Positions 12,543 to 25,100 are shown, numbered from the stretch's first letter. The stretch is DNA of 64,000 nt from Amoebidium appalachense (GCA_963693365.1 CAVNZM010000002.1:4108259-4172258); one strand, 5' to 3'. The notes: generated by a model from the sequence alone, not told the origin. Numbers and translations: made by a program.

Positions 12543-13660
12543 GTGGCTTGCTCCCCTTTGGTGGCGACCATGGTAGGCTTGCCCAGTGGTTCACCCCCGA
12601 GGTTTTGGCCCGTGTCCCGGAGGTGGCCCGCACCATCACTCGGCTGTCAGTGGGCGACAGCACGGAGTCCTCCTACTCGTCCTACCAGCGCCAGTTTATC
12701 GACTTCATCTACGCAATGGACTGCCGCAATCCTGATGGTGGCTACCTGCCAGCCTGCCCAGCCCAAGTGCAGCTGTTCCTTGCCTGGTGCGCCATGCGTG
12801 CGGTGCAAGCCCGGACCATGCCCAGCATCGTCTCCGCCGTCAACAGCCTGCACCGCAGCTTGGGCATGGCACCACCAGCGGGCTCCGGCCAGCAGAGCCT
12901 TCAGTGGTTTATCCGCGGGGCTGGCCGCTTCCTGCTGCTGGAAGGCAGCCACCGGCCCAAACGAGTGCTCGAGCCCCTCCTCCCAGCCGACCTCCGCGCC
13001 CTCCTCCCAGTCATCCAACCGGGCTCTTCATTGGAGGCCCTGCGTCTGTGGGCTGCCCTGCTGCTTGGCAGCTCGTGCCTCCTGCGCTCGGGCGAGTTCA
13101 CGTCCAAATCTGCGGCCAAGTTCAACCCCCTCCTTCACGCCAAGCGTCGCGACGTCCAGCTCCTATGGCAGGATGGCCGCCTGATTGGGGCAACAGTCTT
13201 CCTGCCGACATCTAAGACCGACCCCACGGGCAAGGGTGTTACCATCCGGGTGCCCGCCTTCCCGGAGGAGCCTTCCTTCTGCCCAGCAGCCAATCTAGCC
13301 CTCTTCCTGGGGGTCTCGTCAACCAGGGCAGGCATCCACCCAGATGCACCCCTGTTCAGCGTCGACGGCAGCCCTTACCTCAAGAGCACCTTCATCGCCG
13401 GTTTCCGCACAGCTCTACACCATGCGGGCTACGACCCCGACCGGTACGCCGGCCACAGCCTGCGCATAGGGGGGGCCACTGCAGCTGAGAGAGCGGGCCT
13501 ACCTGACGCCACCATCAAAGCCCTTGGCCGCTGGGCATCAGACGCATTCATGGTCTACATCCGGCTGCCCCACCGCGACGTGCAAGCCTCCATTGCCACC
13601 GTCTGGTCACACCAGGGCCTCGCCACGGGACCTTGGGGCGGACCCCCTACATCGCAGTAG
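12543..13660 (+). CDS. Tyrosine recombinase of the retrotransposon (no initiating ATG; begins at a splice-acceptor-like site)
   Basis: Catalytic motifs LRSGE, SKTD, HSLRIGGA and GRWAS..F..YIR. Confidence 0.93.
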
Positions 13661-13670
13661 GGGGGCCTTG

Positions 13671-13802
13671 TGGTGCTGGGGGGCTCATGGCATGGACCCC
13701 CCCTGGCGGCCCCCGCCTCGGCCAGCCCCTTGGGTGCAGGCACGACGGCCTGCACTCCACGGACACGGGGGGCATGAGGCAAGCACGAGTGAGTGATGTG
13801 AA
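13671..13802 (+). repeat. Split direct repeat B1
   Basis: Near-identical to 14193-14325. Confidence 0.93.
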
Positions 13803-14078
13803 TGTACGTTTCATATGCGCAGCAGATGAAAGATGTTTCACGGATCACTTCGGGCGCAGGCAGCCGGGCGGCCCATGACGTCACGGGCCGCGGCGCCAGG
13901 CGCAGCCGCAGCGGCGGCTGACATCGGTCTGGCGCAGCGCCTGACGTCAGGCGCCACCAGCGCCGGTATTTCCGGCGCAGCACACTGCAGATGCAGGCCA
14001 CCTTCGTTTTCGCCGTGTGCTGCACGTACGGTTTTTCTTAGCACGATTGCGTTTTCGGTGGCTAGCAGACGGCGGCTC
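13803..14078 (+). repeat. Split direct repeat A2
   Basis: Copy of A1 that abuts B1 (gtgaa|tgtacg). Confidence 0.95.
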
Positions 14079-14192
14079 CCACCCACCCACCTCTCAGTCT
14101 GTATACATGACGGTGTACGTATGCGACTGTGACTGGCTCACAGCCCGATTGCAGCGGCAATAAAGCATGTCGAGGCGGGGCCCAGCCCCGGC

Positions 14193-14325
14193 TGGTGCGG
14201 GGGGGGCTCATGGCATGGACCCCCCCTGGCGGCCCCCGCCTCGGCCAGCCCCTTGGGTGCAGGCACGACGGCCTGCACTCCACGGACACGGGGGGCATGA
14301 GGCAAGCACGAGTGAGTGATGTGAA
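14193..14325 (+). repeat. Split direct repeat B2 (right end of the element)
   Basis: Copy of B1, preceded by a unique 114-bp spacer containing AATAAA at 14159. Confidence 0.93.
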
Positions 14326-16268
14326 ACGTGCTATTTCGAATTCGGTGCGAAGCGAAAACATGATTGGTTTGTTCATGATGTTGCCGTTCAGCGCACATTC
14401 CGGTTCACGTGCTTCAGATCGCACACGCAACTATAAAAAACTGATGCGTTGCCCACAGCTGACAGTTCGGTGTCACTGAAACCTAAGTGCGGAATTAATT
14501 TTCTCTTGTCGCTTCTCCACATCTTTCTTTGCATACACACTCAATTCGCATCTATTCCAAACGACACGCGCATCAACTCTAGCTAATATAGAGCGCTACC
14601 CGCTTCACGCATAAAGCACGAGTTCGAAAATGGCCTACGACTCCGGAGACGTTGCATGGCTGCTCACAAGCACAGCGCTTGTGTTTATGATGACGCTGGG
14701 TCTTGCCTTCTTCTATGCCTCCCTCGTGCGTGAGTCCCACCTTGCCGACACGCTTGGTCTCACCATCATCTCCATGGGCATCGTCACCATTCAGTGGGTT
14801 CTTATCGGCTACTCGCTCTCCTTTGGCTTCGGCACCAGCAGCTTCATTGGCAACTTCATGTTTGCCGGCCTCAGGCAAATGTCTTCGTCAGAGCCGTCAG
14901 CCGATGCAGAGTCCTACGCTAGCAACGTCCCCGCCCTCGGCTTCATGGTTTTCCAGATGAGCTTTGCTGTGCTCACGCCGTCTCTCATCACCGGCGCGCT
15001 TATTGGTCGTATTTCGTTCAGGGGGTTCATTCTCTTCATCTTCCTCTGGACTACGTTCGTCTACGACCCCATCTGCCACTGGGTCTGGAGTCTTGACGGG
15101 TGGCTGCGTTCCCTGGGCTCGTTGGACTTTGCAGGGGGCTCCGTTGTGCACATCAGCTCTGGTTTTGCCGCCCTCGCCGCCGCGATTGTTGCTGGCAAGA
15201 GGCAACACCACGAGCGCGTCAACACGTCTGTGGATCTTCGCTTGAACCTGCTTGGTGCCGCCTTGCGGTGGGTGGGCTGGTTTGGCTTCAACGGCGGGTC
15301 TGCCGTGTCGGCTGGTGGGCTTGCCTCGTTGGCGTTGGCAAACACACAGGTGGGTAATACTGTTTCTAGTGGTCTTTTCTCGGTTACCAATAGATCTTCA
15401 TGGTCTGTGGCTGTCTTTCTTGCAAGTTGTGCATCTTGATGTAACAGTTCTTGCTGCCTGAGATGTTTGTTTTTTAATTCTAGAACTAGTCCGTTGTGTC
15501 CCATGATACCATCTTAAATATCAACTCCAATCTTCGTTTTCCCCTCCTCCGAGTCAAAACCTTTTGTAACACCTGCATTCACGCCACCAGATTTGTGCCG
15601 GCACTTCCATGTTCGTGTGGGCGATTCTCGACATGATGTGTGTTGGGCACATTGCGCTGGACAATGCGCTGTACGGTGCGGTGGTGGGTCTTGTTGTCAT
15701 CACCCCTGCCTGTGGCTTTGTGGTGCCCGGCTACAGTGTCGTCATGGGTGTCTACGGCACAGCTATCTCTAGTACCTCGTGCTGTTCCTCTGGAGAAAGT
15801 TCGTTGACCTCTTCCTCCCCTTCTTCCCCTCTTCCTACCCCACAGCTTCATTCATGCACTGCTATTCAAGCCCACCTCCCCATCACCTCCAACATCACAA
15901 GGAAGCATCACCAGCTGAAGTTCTAGCATGTTGCCTCGAAAGTGAACTTTTATTTGTGAAAAATGAAGACCTGCAAGCTTAAGAACCCCTAGGCTTTTAC
16001 AACCGACATCAACCACTCCCTTACTTACACCCCATCGAACCCATGCAGGTATGCGCACGACTATGTTGACGATGCGCTGTATGTGTTCTGCTCCCACGGC
16101 ATTGGCGGTGTGATTGGCTCTCTCTCCACCGGCCTCTTTGCTACCACAAGCGTCAACTCCGCTGGTATGCAGCCCTCTCCTCCAATCCCTTTCGAATTCC
16201 TCCCGATCCCGATCGTCTCCCCTCTGTTGCACCCTCGTCCACACCACTTTCCATTTTGTGCTTAGCTT

Positions 16269-16312
<44 letters not shown>

Positions 16313-16722
16313 ACCCCATACACACATTGCACACTTCCCCCTTTCCTCCCCGCCCTTCCTCCGGCGCGCGGAATTATTTTGGCTTCCCATCACCACAATA
16401 GTAGAACACTATGGCGTAGAGCGCATTTGGTAGGCCATCAACCTACAACCCTGCATCCGTACCCTTCACTTTTATCCACCCTTTCTGGTCACTCCCAATC
16501 CCTTCCGGTGCCCCAACTTCGCCCCCCCTCCCCCCCCCCCCCCCCCCCCCCACCTCTTCCCTTACTACAATATATCTCATGCCCCAAACATATGTACGCT
16601 TACTAACCCAACCCCGGCCTCCGCCTCCCCCTCAGCCCCCCCCCCTCCCCCCCCCCTCCCCCCCTCCCACACACACACATACACACCAAAAAAACCCCAA
16701 GAAAACCCATCCCTCCCAATCG

Positions 16723-16753
<31 letters not shown>

Positions 16754-17527
16754 ATAACAAAAACCAGGTGCGGACGGTGCATTCTACGGCAACCCCAAGC
16801 AGCTGGTGACATATACTAATCCGTCTCAGCAGATTAGCCCAAGTCTACGATCGAGATCGGGGGGGGGGGGGGGGGGGGGGGGGGTGGCCCGGGTCCACAG
16901 ATCATCAAGATCAAGTCCGGGGCCTCAAGATAGCTGAACAGCTGCGTGCATCTTGCCTCTGCCGGCGCAGGGCATTGGACCACGTCAGCCGGGACAGCCG
17001 TCCAATAGAATTCTAATTAGTGTGTAGGATAGATCGTAGGAGGACTTAGGAATGTGATTGTTCGGGCAGAAGCCCTTTTGTAAGGATTGGCAAGGTTTGA
17101 TAGTATATGTTGCCAAACGTATTTATATATGTAGATGTAGAGGAAAGGGGGGGAGGGAGGGGGGGGGAGGATAGTATGAAATGTAGATTTAGACTCTGCG
17201 GTGCCACTAGGGGGAGGGTGAGGGGTGAGACTTGGATAAATATATTAGTTGAGTAGATCGACTTAGCTCGTGCAGGCGCACGATAAAAGTAGATCGGAAT
17301 GTTAATGGAATGTGGCATCGTAGGGGGCCAGGTGATGATGATCTTGTAGGGCACGGCCTTGATGGCCTCAGTCGTAACTTAGACTTAATCCGTACGGATC
17401 TAAGTTTGCCCGTCGGAGCCTGGTCTTAATAAACTTTACCGTTTTTCTATACACGTTCGTTCCTTTTCGTGTGTGTACACTTAGTAGAGTGCCGCGTCTC
17501 TAGTACACATATATTAGGATACGACAA

Positions 17528-20500
17528 TGTAAACAGTTGGACTAGTTAGGATAAGGCCGAGTACAACTGAATCAAAATAAAGACAGAGAACGGGTAGAAA
17601 GGCACACGCGGCCAGGTTGCTTTTACTATGGGCCGACTCAGTCTGTCTCAGACTTCACTGATGTGATCCCCGTACTGGGACGGCTTTCTTATATAGCCCC
17701 CAGGTTTCGGATCAAGGCCCAGGATTGGTTCATCCACGGCCAGCGCGGGTGGCAACATGCCATTCGTGATTCTGGTGCGGTCCGAGCCAGTCAGACCTTC
17801 GTCCTATTTATGCAAACCTCTTATTGGTTCACTTCGTTTATGTGGTATGCAGCGGAAGAACCATATATGGTTCAATTCTTAGGTCAGAGTGAGTCCTATT
17901 GGTGCGGACATAATATTTATGTGATATTCATGACAAAGCACGAATCGTGTGCTAGTAGATCACATTCTTTAGTAAACATGTACAGTTCATGTGTACAGTT
18001 GTTTACACTCCCCCCCTTGTCGGGAGCCTGGTGGTGTCGTTAGACAAGCAAACCACCAGGCTGAGAGGCGATAAACAACCTTCAGCGAGAATTCTTGTGT
18101 GTGCCGAGCTGCTGGACAGAACAGAGCAAGGACGGTGGAATAGAGTTGTGCACGTCTATGAGCACTTCTTCATTTGCCAAAACGTAAATTCATGCAGCAT
18201 TCTTCTGTGATTTCATTTTCGTGGCGAAGATTGTTGCAGAGTGTGCGTGCGAATAATTCGCTAAGCCTTCGTCTCTGTGCTTGGCTTTTCTGTAGAAGTA
18301 GTATTTTCCTTTTTGGGAATTTTTCCTTTTTAGGATACTCCCGCAGATTCGTTTTCAATTGCGAGTAATTTGGTTGTGTGGATGAATGATCATACCAAAC
18401 ATTCGATAATGAATATAACTCAAGCCTTAGGTCACTTCGTAGCTCAGGTAGTGGTGGATAGCTTCAAGGCTTAGCCACTGCTCCTTATCCCGGTTCTACC
18501 TTAAGACTGTAAGGCGAGTCACCATGGCCGGAAAAGCCACTTCTTTCATGAACAAAGAGCACTTCTTTCCTTTCAGCTTTAACCCTGCATCATCGGAGCC
18601 GGGAATAGCATGAATAAGAATGCCCTAAATGTTCTTCGTTGGGCGACATAAAGAAATATATCAGCCCGTCAGAACCAGTAAAAACCCGGTTCATAATTCA
18701 TAAGAAGAGGGTAGGCAAAGCAAGCCTTCTTCAGAAAACACATGCTTCCATTCGTGAGCAGTTTTCGTATCCCATTTGCCAGCCATTTTCGTTGAGCAGG
18801 GGGATTCCAGGCATAATACATTCTTCTGGAGGCTTGGCCTAAAAAGAAAAGTCGTCGGAGTCGCCCTTTCTTTTGTAAGCAACTTCGTGAGCGCGCTTCG
18901 TGTTTTCATATCCTCCAGTGCAGGTCTGGATGGTGCCCCATCCTCTGCTTCATTTGTAGGTGGCCCTACTGTTGGTTCTGTTCGTTGTGTGGAAAACCAA
19001 AACCATTCGTATTCGTGGAACTGCTTTGTGCTGTGCTTGCTTTCGTGTTGGTGTTCATGAAGTTACCCCGTTCACACACCCTACTTCTTACATACATTAG
19101 ATGTAAGTAGCTGCCTGGTGAGTGTGTGGTTCGTGTTCGTGGCATTCTTCTGTTCCTTCGTGAGAAGAATATTCGTTTTAGCAGAGGTGCCCAATAAGGC
19201 AGCTTGTGGGGTTGTCTCCCGCATGTGCCCATTGGTGGGGTATGCACGTGCTAAATTGTTACAGTGTCATCATATTGCAAGGGAATAACATGGTCACCTC
19301 CGTACCAGGGCCTAGGTACACATGATGGTCCGATGTGTTTGTCAACAACACCTTGCATTCGTATTCGTATTCGTCTTCCACGTCACTTTCTTCAGTAGTG
19401 AAGGAGGGTATTCGTAATTCGAAACTGAAAGGCTTCCAGCCAAAATACTGACACTGTATGCTGGGGTTGTGAGGGAACGGTGCCCATACCACATTCTTTT
19501 GTTCTGGTGGGGGTGTGCCGGCAGCTAGTGCAAGGCTTGACAGTGTAATTGGTATGTTACACAGTATTGCCACAGACGGGCATTCACCTTAAAATTCGTA
19601 CCCAACACCTTCTTTGTTTTTCACATGCATGAACAAAAGTTCTGCATCGACTTTATTACATGCCTTTTGTGCACCAAGAGTGCAAATTCGTTAGGGCGTG
19701 GCACCAGGAAGGGCCGCCATACATGAGTCAGGCATATGTTCGTAATGTGTTTAGGCATGCCAGCATACATTCATGCGCATGTTGTGCATCCTGTGCGCTA
19801 AACTATGGGGCATGCTGTATTCGAGAACAGCAAGGGATTCGAAGCATGCATGCAACACTACTTTCATAAGATCTTAGGTCCTACATGCTATAGCAACAGC
19901 GACTATCTTCTTCGTTAAGTGCATTTGTGCTGAAAGTGGCCGTGCATCTGGCTTGCGAGTGTGGACGTGCATGCGGTGGCATGGACACGATGGCAGTGTG
20001 CAATAGGGCAATGCACGCAAGGGCAACGGTTTTATTTTCTTCCTAACATAGAGGGGGCTGTGTGCATTGCAACCCAAGCAGTGTTGTGCATTCGTCCTTT
20101 CATTTTCGTATTTCCAGTTCATTTTGCTTTCGTTTTTCGTTTTTTGTCGTTTGATAACTTTGTTACTTCGTTTTGTTTTCGTGTTGCATTCATTTCGTAT
20201 TTCCTCTATGCAATCGTTTGTCGTTAATTCTTTATTTCATTGTGTATTCGTGATGGTTCGTTTTTTGTTGGTTCATTGCTTCGTTAGCAATTCTTTATTC
20301 GTTTGTTCGTGTATTCGTTGTTTCGTTGTGTATTCGTTTTTCTTCACATTTTTGATGTGTCGTAGCAAAAGAAGTTTTACATGCTTTCAATTCTTTCCGT
20401 GTAGGTGGGCTGGCCACTTCAAACTTGTAGGTGTATATATTCTAAGCCGGACAAGGAAAGATGTGCCTATCATCGGGGTAAAAAGGATTGTGATCGGCGG

Positions 20501-21123
20501 GAGATTCTTGAGCTGATTGAAAGATGTGAGATTCTTGAACTGATTGAAAGATGTGAGATTCGAAGGATGCGAGATTCTTGAACTGCGCGGTCGCCAATGT
20601 AAACAGTTGGCAATGTAAAACAGTGTCCTGCCGCGGTCGCCAATGTAAACAGTTGGACTAGTTAGGATAAGGCAGAGTACAACTGAATCAAAATAAAGAC
20701 AGAGAACGGGTAGAAAGGCACACGCGGCCAGGTTGCTTTTACTATGGGCCGACTCAGTCTGTCTCAGACTTCACTGATGTGATCCCCGTACTGGGACGGC
20801 TTTCTTATATAGCCCCCAGGTTTCGGATCAAGGCCCAGGATTGGTTCATCCGCGGCCAGCGCGGGTGGCAACATGCCATTCGTGATTCTGGTGCGGTCCG
20901 AGCCAGTCAGACCTTCGTCCTATTTATGCAAACCTCTTATTGGTTCACTTCGTTTATGTGGTATGCAGCGGAAGAACCATATATGGTTCAATTCTTAGGT
21001 CAGAGTGAGTCCTATTGGTGCGGACATAATATTTATGTGATATTCATGACAAAGCACGAATCGTGTGCTAGTAGATCACATTCTTTAGTAAACATGTACA
21101 GTTCATGTGTACAGTTGTTTACA
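17528..21123 (-). mobile_element. Non-autonomous gypsy-derived LTR element nested at the host 5' LTR boundary
   Basis: 480-bp LTRs at 17528-18007 and 20644-21123 with two visible mismatches. TSD GACAA. Minus-strand PBS TGGCGACCGC next to the right LTR and PPT AAGGGGGGGAG next to the left LTR. Internal RT remnant AGLKLKGKKCSLFMKEVAF at ~18535-18590. Confidence 0.9.
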
Positions 21124-21255
21124 GACAAGCTACACCTTTCTTTTAGTGCGGTTTTTCGCGCTAGGGTAACGCGGTGACAGTTCCTTCTGGGCTGTTGCTA
21201 CACCTCAAAAACACAAACATAAACACAACCTCTCAACTAGGGCACACACAACACC

Positions 21256-22150
21256 ATGGCTAAGTTTCACGTAGATATGTTCTACGCGTTGGCAGCGGAG
21301 GATAGCTCCCTGCACACACAGATACCACAGGTTCACACACTAGCTATAGAGGCCAGAAACACAACAGCTTTTAGTTTACACTCAAACACCAGCGGTCGTG
21401 GGCGTGGTGGACGTAGCGGACAGCAGCAGCAGTTCGACGAGGGGCATCGTCGTGGGTCCTCAAGACAGCGTCGAGGTGGTATGGCATGAATGTTTGTGGG
21501 GTGACTCTACCAAAGGTATGAATGGTGTGAATGTTTTGTGGTTGGGGGAGGTTCCCCAGCCACAAGTGGATGGTCTCAGTGTTTCTTGTCCCAACCCGGT
21601 GTTTATTCTAACCACACCGGAGGGGGTTTCTGTGCCATTGTTTCCGGGAGGGGGGGGGACACACACGAGTAAAGGGGGAAGGGGGGGGGAAGACACAGAC
21701 ACGTAGAAACACACCACCACAACAACATACGACGGTTGCAGACACACCTACACCCACACACACACCCACACATACACCAAACACACACACACCACCCACC
21801 CACACATCACACACACACACTCCACCACCACCCACACCACATACACACCCCACCCCACCCGTGCAGGCACCACAGGTAGGTATGTTACACGTAGGTATCG
21901 AGGGTGTAAGTCTTCGTGGGCAGGGATTGGGTGTGAGTGATGATGTGTTGCTTGAATTGGAGGAGGATTTAGTTGGTTTTAGCCGGCATTATATAGACGT
22001 ATGGTTAGCTGATGGTAAGTTGAAGGCTGTTGCTTTGCTCGATGGAGGGGCTCAGGTTAATTGTGTGCATGCTTCGTTTATTCGTCGTTTTAATCAGGCC
22101 GGGGGGGAAATTCCTATTTTAGATGCTTCTAGCACAGCCTTAGGTAGTGC
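21256..22150 (+). CDS. Degenerate gag remnant and aspartic protease of the chromovirus
   Basis: IDVWLADGKLKAVALLDGGAQVNCV resembles a retropepsin site (DGG variant). The upstream gag region is short and broken, and the copia at 22151 cuts it off. Confidence 0.65.
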
Positions 22151-25100
22151 TGTTATAATACGTAGTATTTACATATTGTAAGATCTTCTCAGTTCGTGTT
22201 ATGTTTTCATTCATTTACTTAATGAAAAAGATGTGCTCCTTGTACGTAAATTATGACATCGATCTCCAGTGTATTTGAGTACTTGTAATCGTGTTGTGTC
22301 GGCTATATTCGTGTGTTTAGATATCGATTACAGCAACTGATTATAGGTACACGAGTCTACCCAGTGAGGGAGACACGTGTACATGTTATGTGTACATGAA
22401 TATCTTCGGTTATAACTGTGTTTTGCTGTTCGTGTTTTCTGTCCTGCTTTCTTTTCTTTTTCCTCTTTCTTCGTCTTTTCTTTTCTCTTTCTTTCTTCTC
22501 TTGTTTCCTTTCATTTAATTATATTTCTCTCTCACTAATATACGTTGAGTAGATTTATATTACTCGTTATGTTTTGATTGGTAGAAAAACACTTAGGTTA
22601 CACTTTAGCTTGTCAGGTATGATTCATAGCTTAGTCAACCACTTTTGTTTTGTGTGTTGCCGTACTATATCCAATCAGTGGACTTAGTCAGAAAATGTCT
22701 GAGTCTTTGTAGCCGATGATAGGTTAGAAACACCACCTCTTTCCTCGTTACTCTTCACCTCTTTTCTTTCTTATAGCTGTGACCTATGGTGTGTGTTCCC
22801 GCGTCTCCGGATCTATCCGGGAAATAATCAGTTAATTATGATTGGTTATTTTAGACATAGATCTGATTTCCGACTGGTCGGAAATCATGTATGGATTTAA
22901 CTTAAGGGAATTTCAGGTATTTATTAGCGATCAAAATAAATTGAGTTCAGTCGTGTCTAAACATTGATGTCTGTTGTGTACACTGCTCCGATCGTTCCGT
23001 GTTTTGTTGTTGTGTGTGTCTGTGGTGTTTTCACACTGCACCACTGTGTCTCTGCTTTCATCCCAAAATACTTATAGAATTTAACAGGTTATGCAGCCCT
23101 TTTGCACGCTCCCTACACACATCTAGAACTCGCGCTCGTTTTTCAATCATGGATCCAAACAAAACTGGCGTAAACAAAATCACCATGTGGAAAGGTGAAG
23201 GGAAGACTGGTCCCGATAGCAAAACTACCTATTTTCAATGGGAAATCATTTTTCTCGGCATGATGACCGGCACTAAAGGTGTCCGACTCGTGGATGTTGT
23301 CCTTGCTGACAACTACGTCCCCCCTACCACCGTCGCGGTTGACGGTGAACCCCCCTTCTATGGCTACGGCACTACCGCGGAACTCAAAGAGGCCCGCAAT
23401 TGCCTCCTGCTCCATATAATACAGAACATCGACCCTTCCGTCCTCACCACCGTTGCCCAGTACCGTATTGGCATGGACCCTGAACGGGCCATGTGGAAAT
23501 TCCGTCAACACTATCTCCAAGGCAAACCCGATCAGATCCGCATCCTTCACCGTCAGTGGGATGCCTGTGCCCTTCAGCCCGGTGAATCATTCACCACCTA
23601 CCTGAGCCGTCTGCAGACCATCGTGAACCAGCTCCAGTCTCTCCAAGATGAGTCCATTCACTTCACTCGTCTAGCTGAGAAGTTCTTCAATGAACTCACC
23701 ACCAGAGACGACCTCACCCCTGAGTTCAATCGTCTTATCGAAGACTATCACTTCGGTGATAAGCTATTCCCCGACTTCGAGTCCCTCCATAACCACGTCA
23801 AGGGCATCGAGTTACGTCAAGACCTCAAGATGCAACTCCGGAACAACCGTGCCCACCGTGCCTCCAAGTCCAGCATGGCATTAAATGCCAGTGCTCCCCC
23901 CCGTGATCTTCCTCGCCGTGACTTACGCACCCGACTTGACCGTACCTCTGGCACGGACCTCCGAACTCGTCTCTCCCGTCAGCACACCCGATCCCGTTCC
24001 CCCCACCGGCCTGCCTTCCGGTCCACGTCTCGTTCCCCCAGTCGTTCCCGTTTCTCGGGTTCCCGTCGTTCTGATTCCCCGGCTCGTTCTAACACCCCGT
24101 CCGTGAAAGAATGCTCCTACTGCCACGAGCCTGATCACACGATCATCGATTGCCCTGAGCCGAAATGCCGTATGTCCAGACACAACCGTTCCCGTCAAGG
24201 CAGTGAGAAATCTGTCTCCTTTGCTTTCTCGGCATACAATGCTAGCTCCGTCCCCGTGTCCTCCGACCCTGCCTGGGATTCCGGGTGCAACATGACTGTT
24301 TGCCCCACCCGTGAGTTCTTCCATGACCTCACTCCCCTTCCGACACCGACTCCCGTTGCTGCCTTCAATGGCACCCCCGTCTTGGCCACTCACACCGGCC
24401 ATATCGTCATCAACACCACCACCGACCATGGCACTACCACCCTAACCATTGAAGCCTACTACACCCCGTCTGGCCAAGCCTTCCTCATTTCAACATCCCA
24501 AGCTGCTGCCGAATACATCAAGGGTGATTTGAACGATGCCTCCACTCCGTCATTCCTCTTCGACCGACTCACCGGCCGTCATCTCGTCAACCTCCGTCTA
24601 CACAACGGTCTGTATTACTTCAAGGACTACACCATTCAACCACCCACTCGTCCTGTGGCTCTGGCTGCCACTACCAGTGTTAACCCATCCATCTGGCACC
24701 ATCGTCTGGGGCACCGAGCTATGACCAGCATCAAGGACATGGTGAAACACGACCTTGTTATTGGTCTCCCCTCCTCTGTCCTCGACTGTGATGTTCCTGA
24801 TTGTCATGGCTGCATTATGGGTAAGACCACCAAGGCTCCGTTCAGGGGTGACCGTCCTCACTCCAACATCCCCGGTCATGAATGGCATTGGGATTTTTTT
24901 GAGCCTACCACAACATCGTACGGAGGTTCCAAGGTTGCTCTCGTCACTGTCTGCCGTGCCTCTGGCCTCGTCAAGATCTACCCGATGGCCGACCGTACCA
25001 CCACCCTGGATATTCTCACAGCTCACACCAACCTCGTTGCCACCCATGCCCCCTCCAAAGTTGGTGTTTACCACTTCGACTCCGGCTCTGAGTTCACCTC

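Larger units (their letters stand above)
3709..14325 (+). mobile_element. Tyrosine-recombinase retrotransposon with split direct repeats (Ngaro/PAT-like, DIRS order)
   Basis: Layout is A1 - gag - RT - RNase H - YR - B1 - A2 - spacer - B2, with no target-site duplication. Confidence 0.93.

Noticed and set aside
14579-15504. Antisense and alternate-frame ORFs conserved across amt copies
   Set aside because: A by-product of GC-rich codon usage and paralog identity.
17046-18043. Duplicated ORFs (102 aa at 17046/31362; 126-132 aa at 17663/20779)
   Set aside because: They lie within LTRs, so the duplication reflects LTR identity; no protein motifs were recognised.
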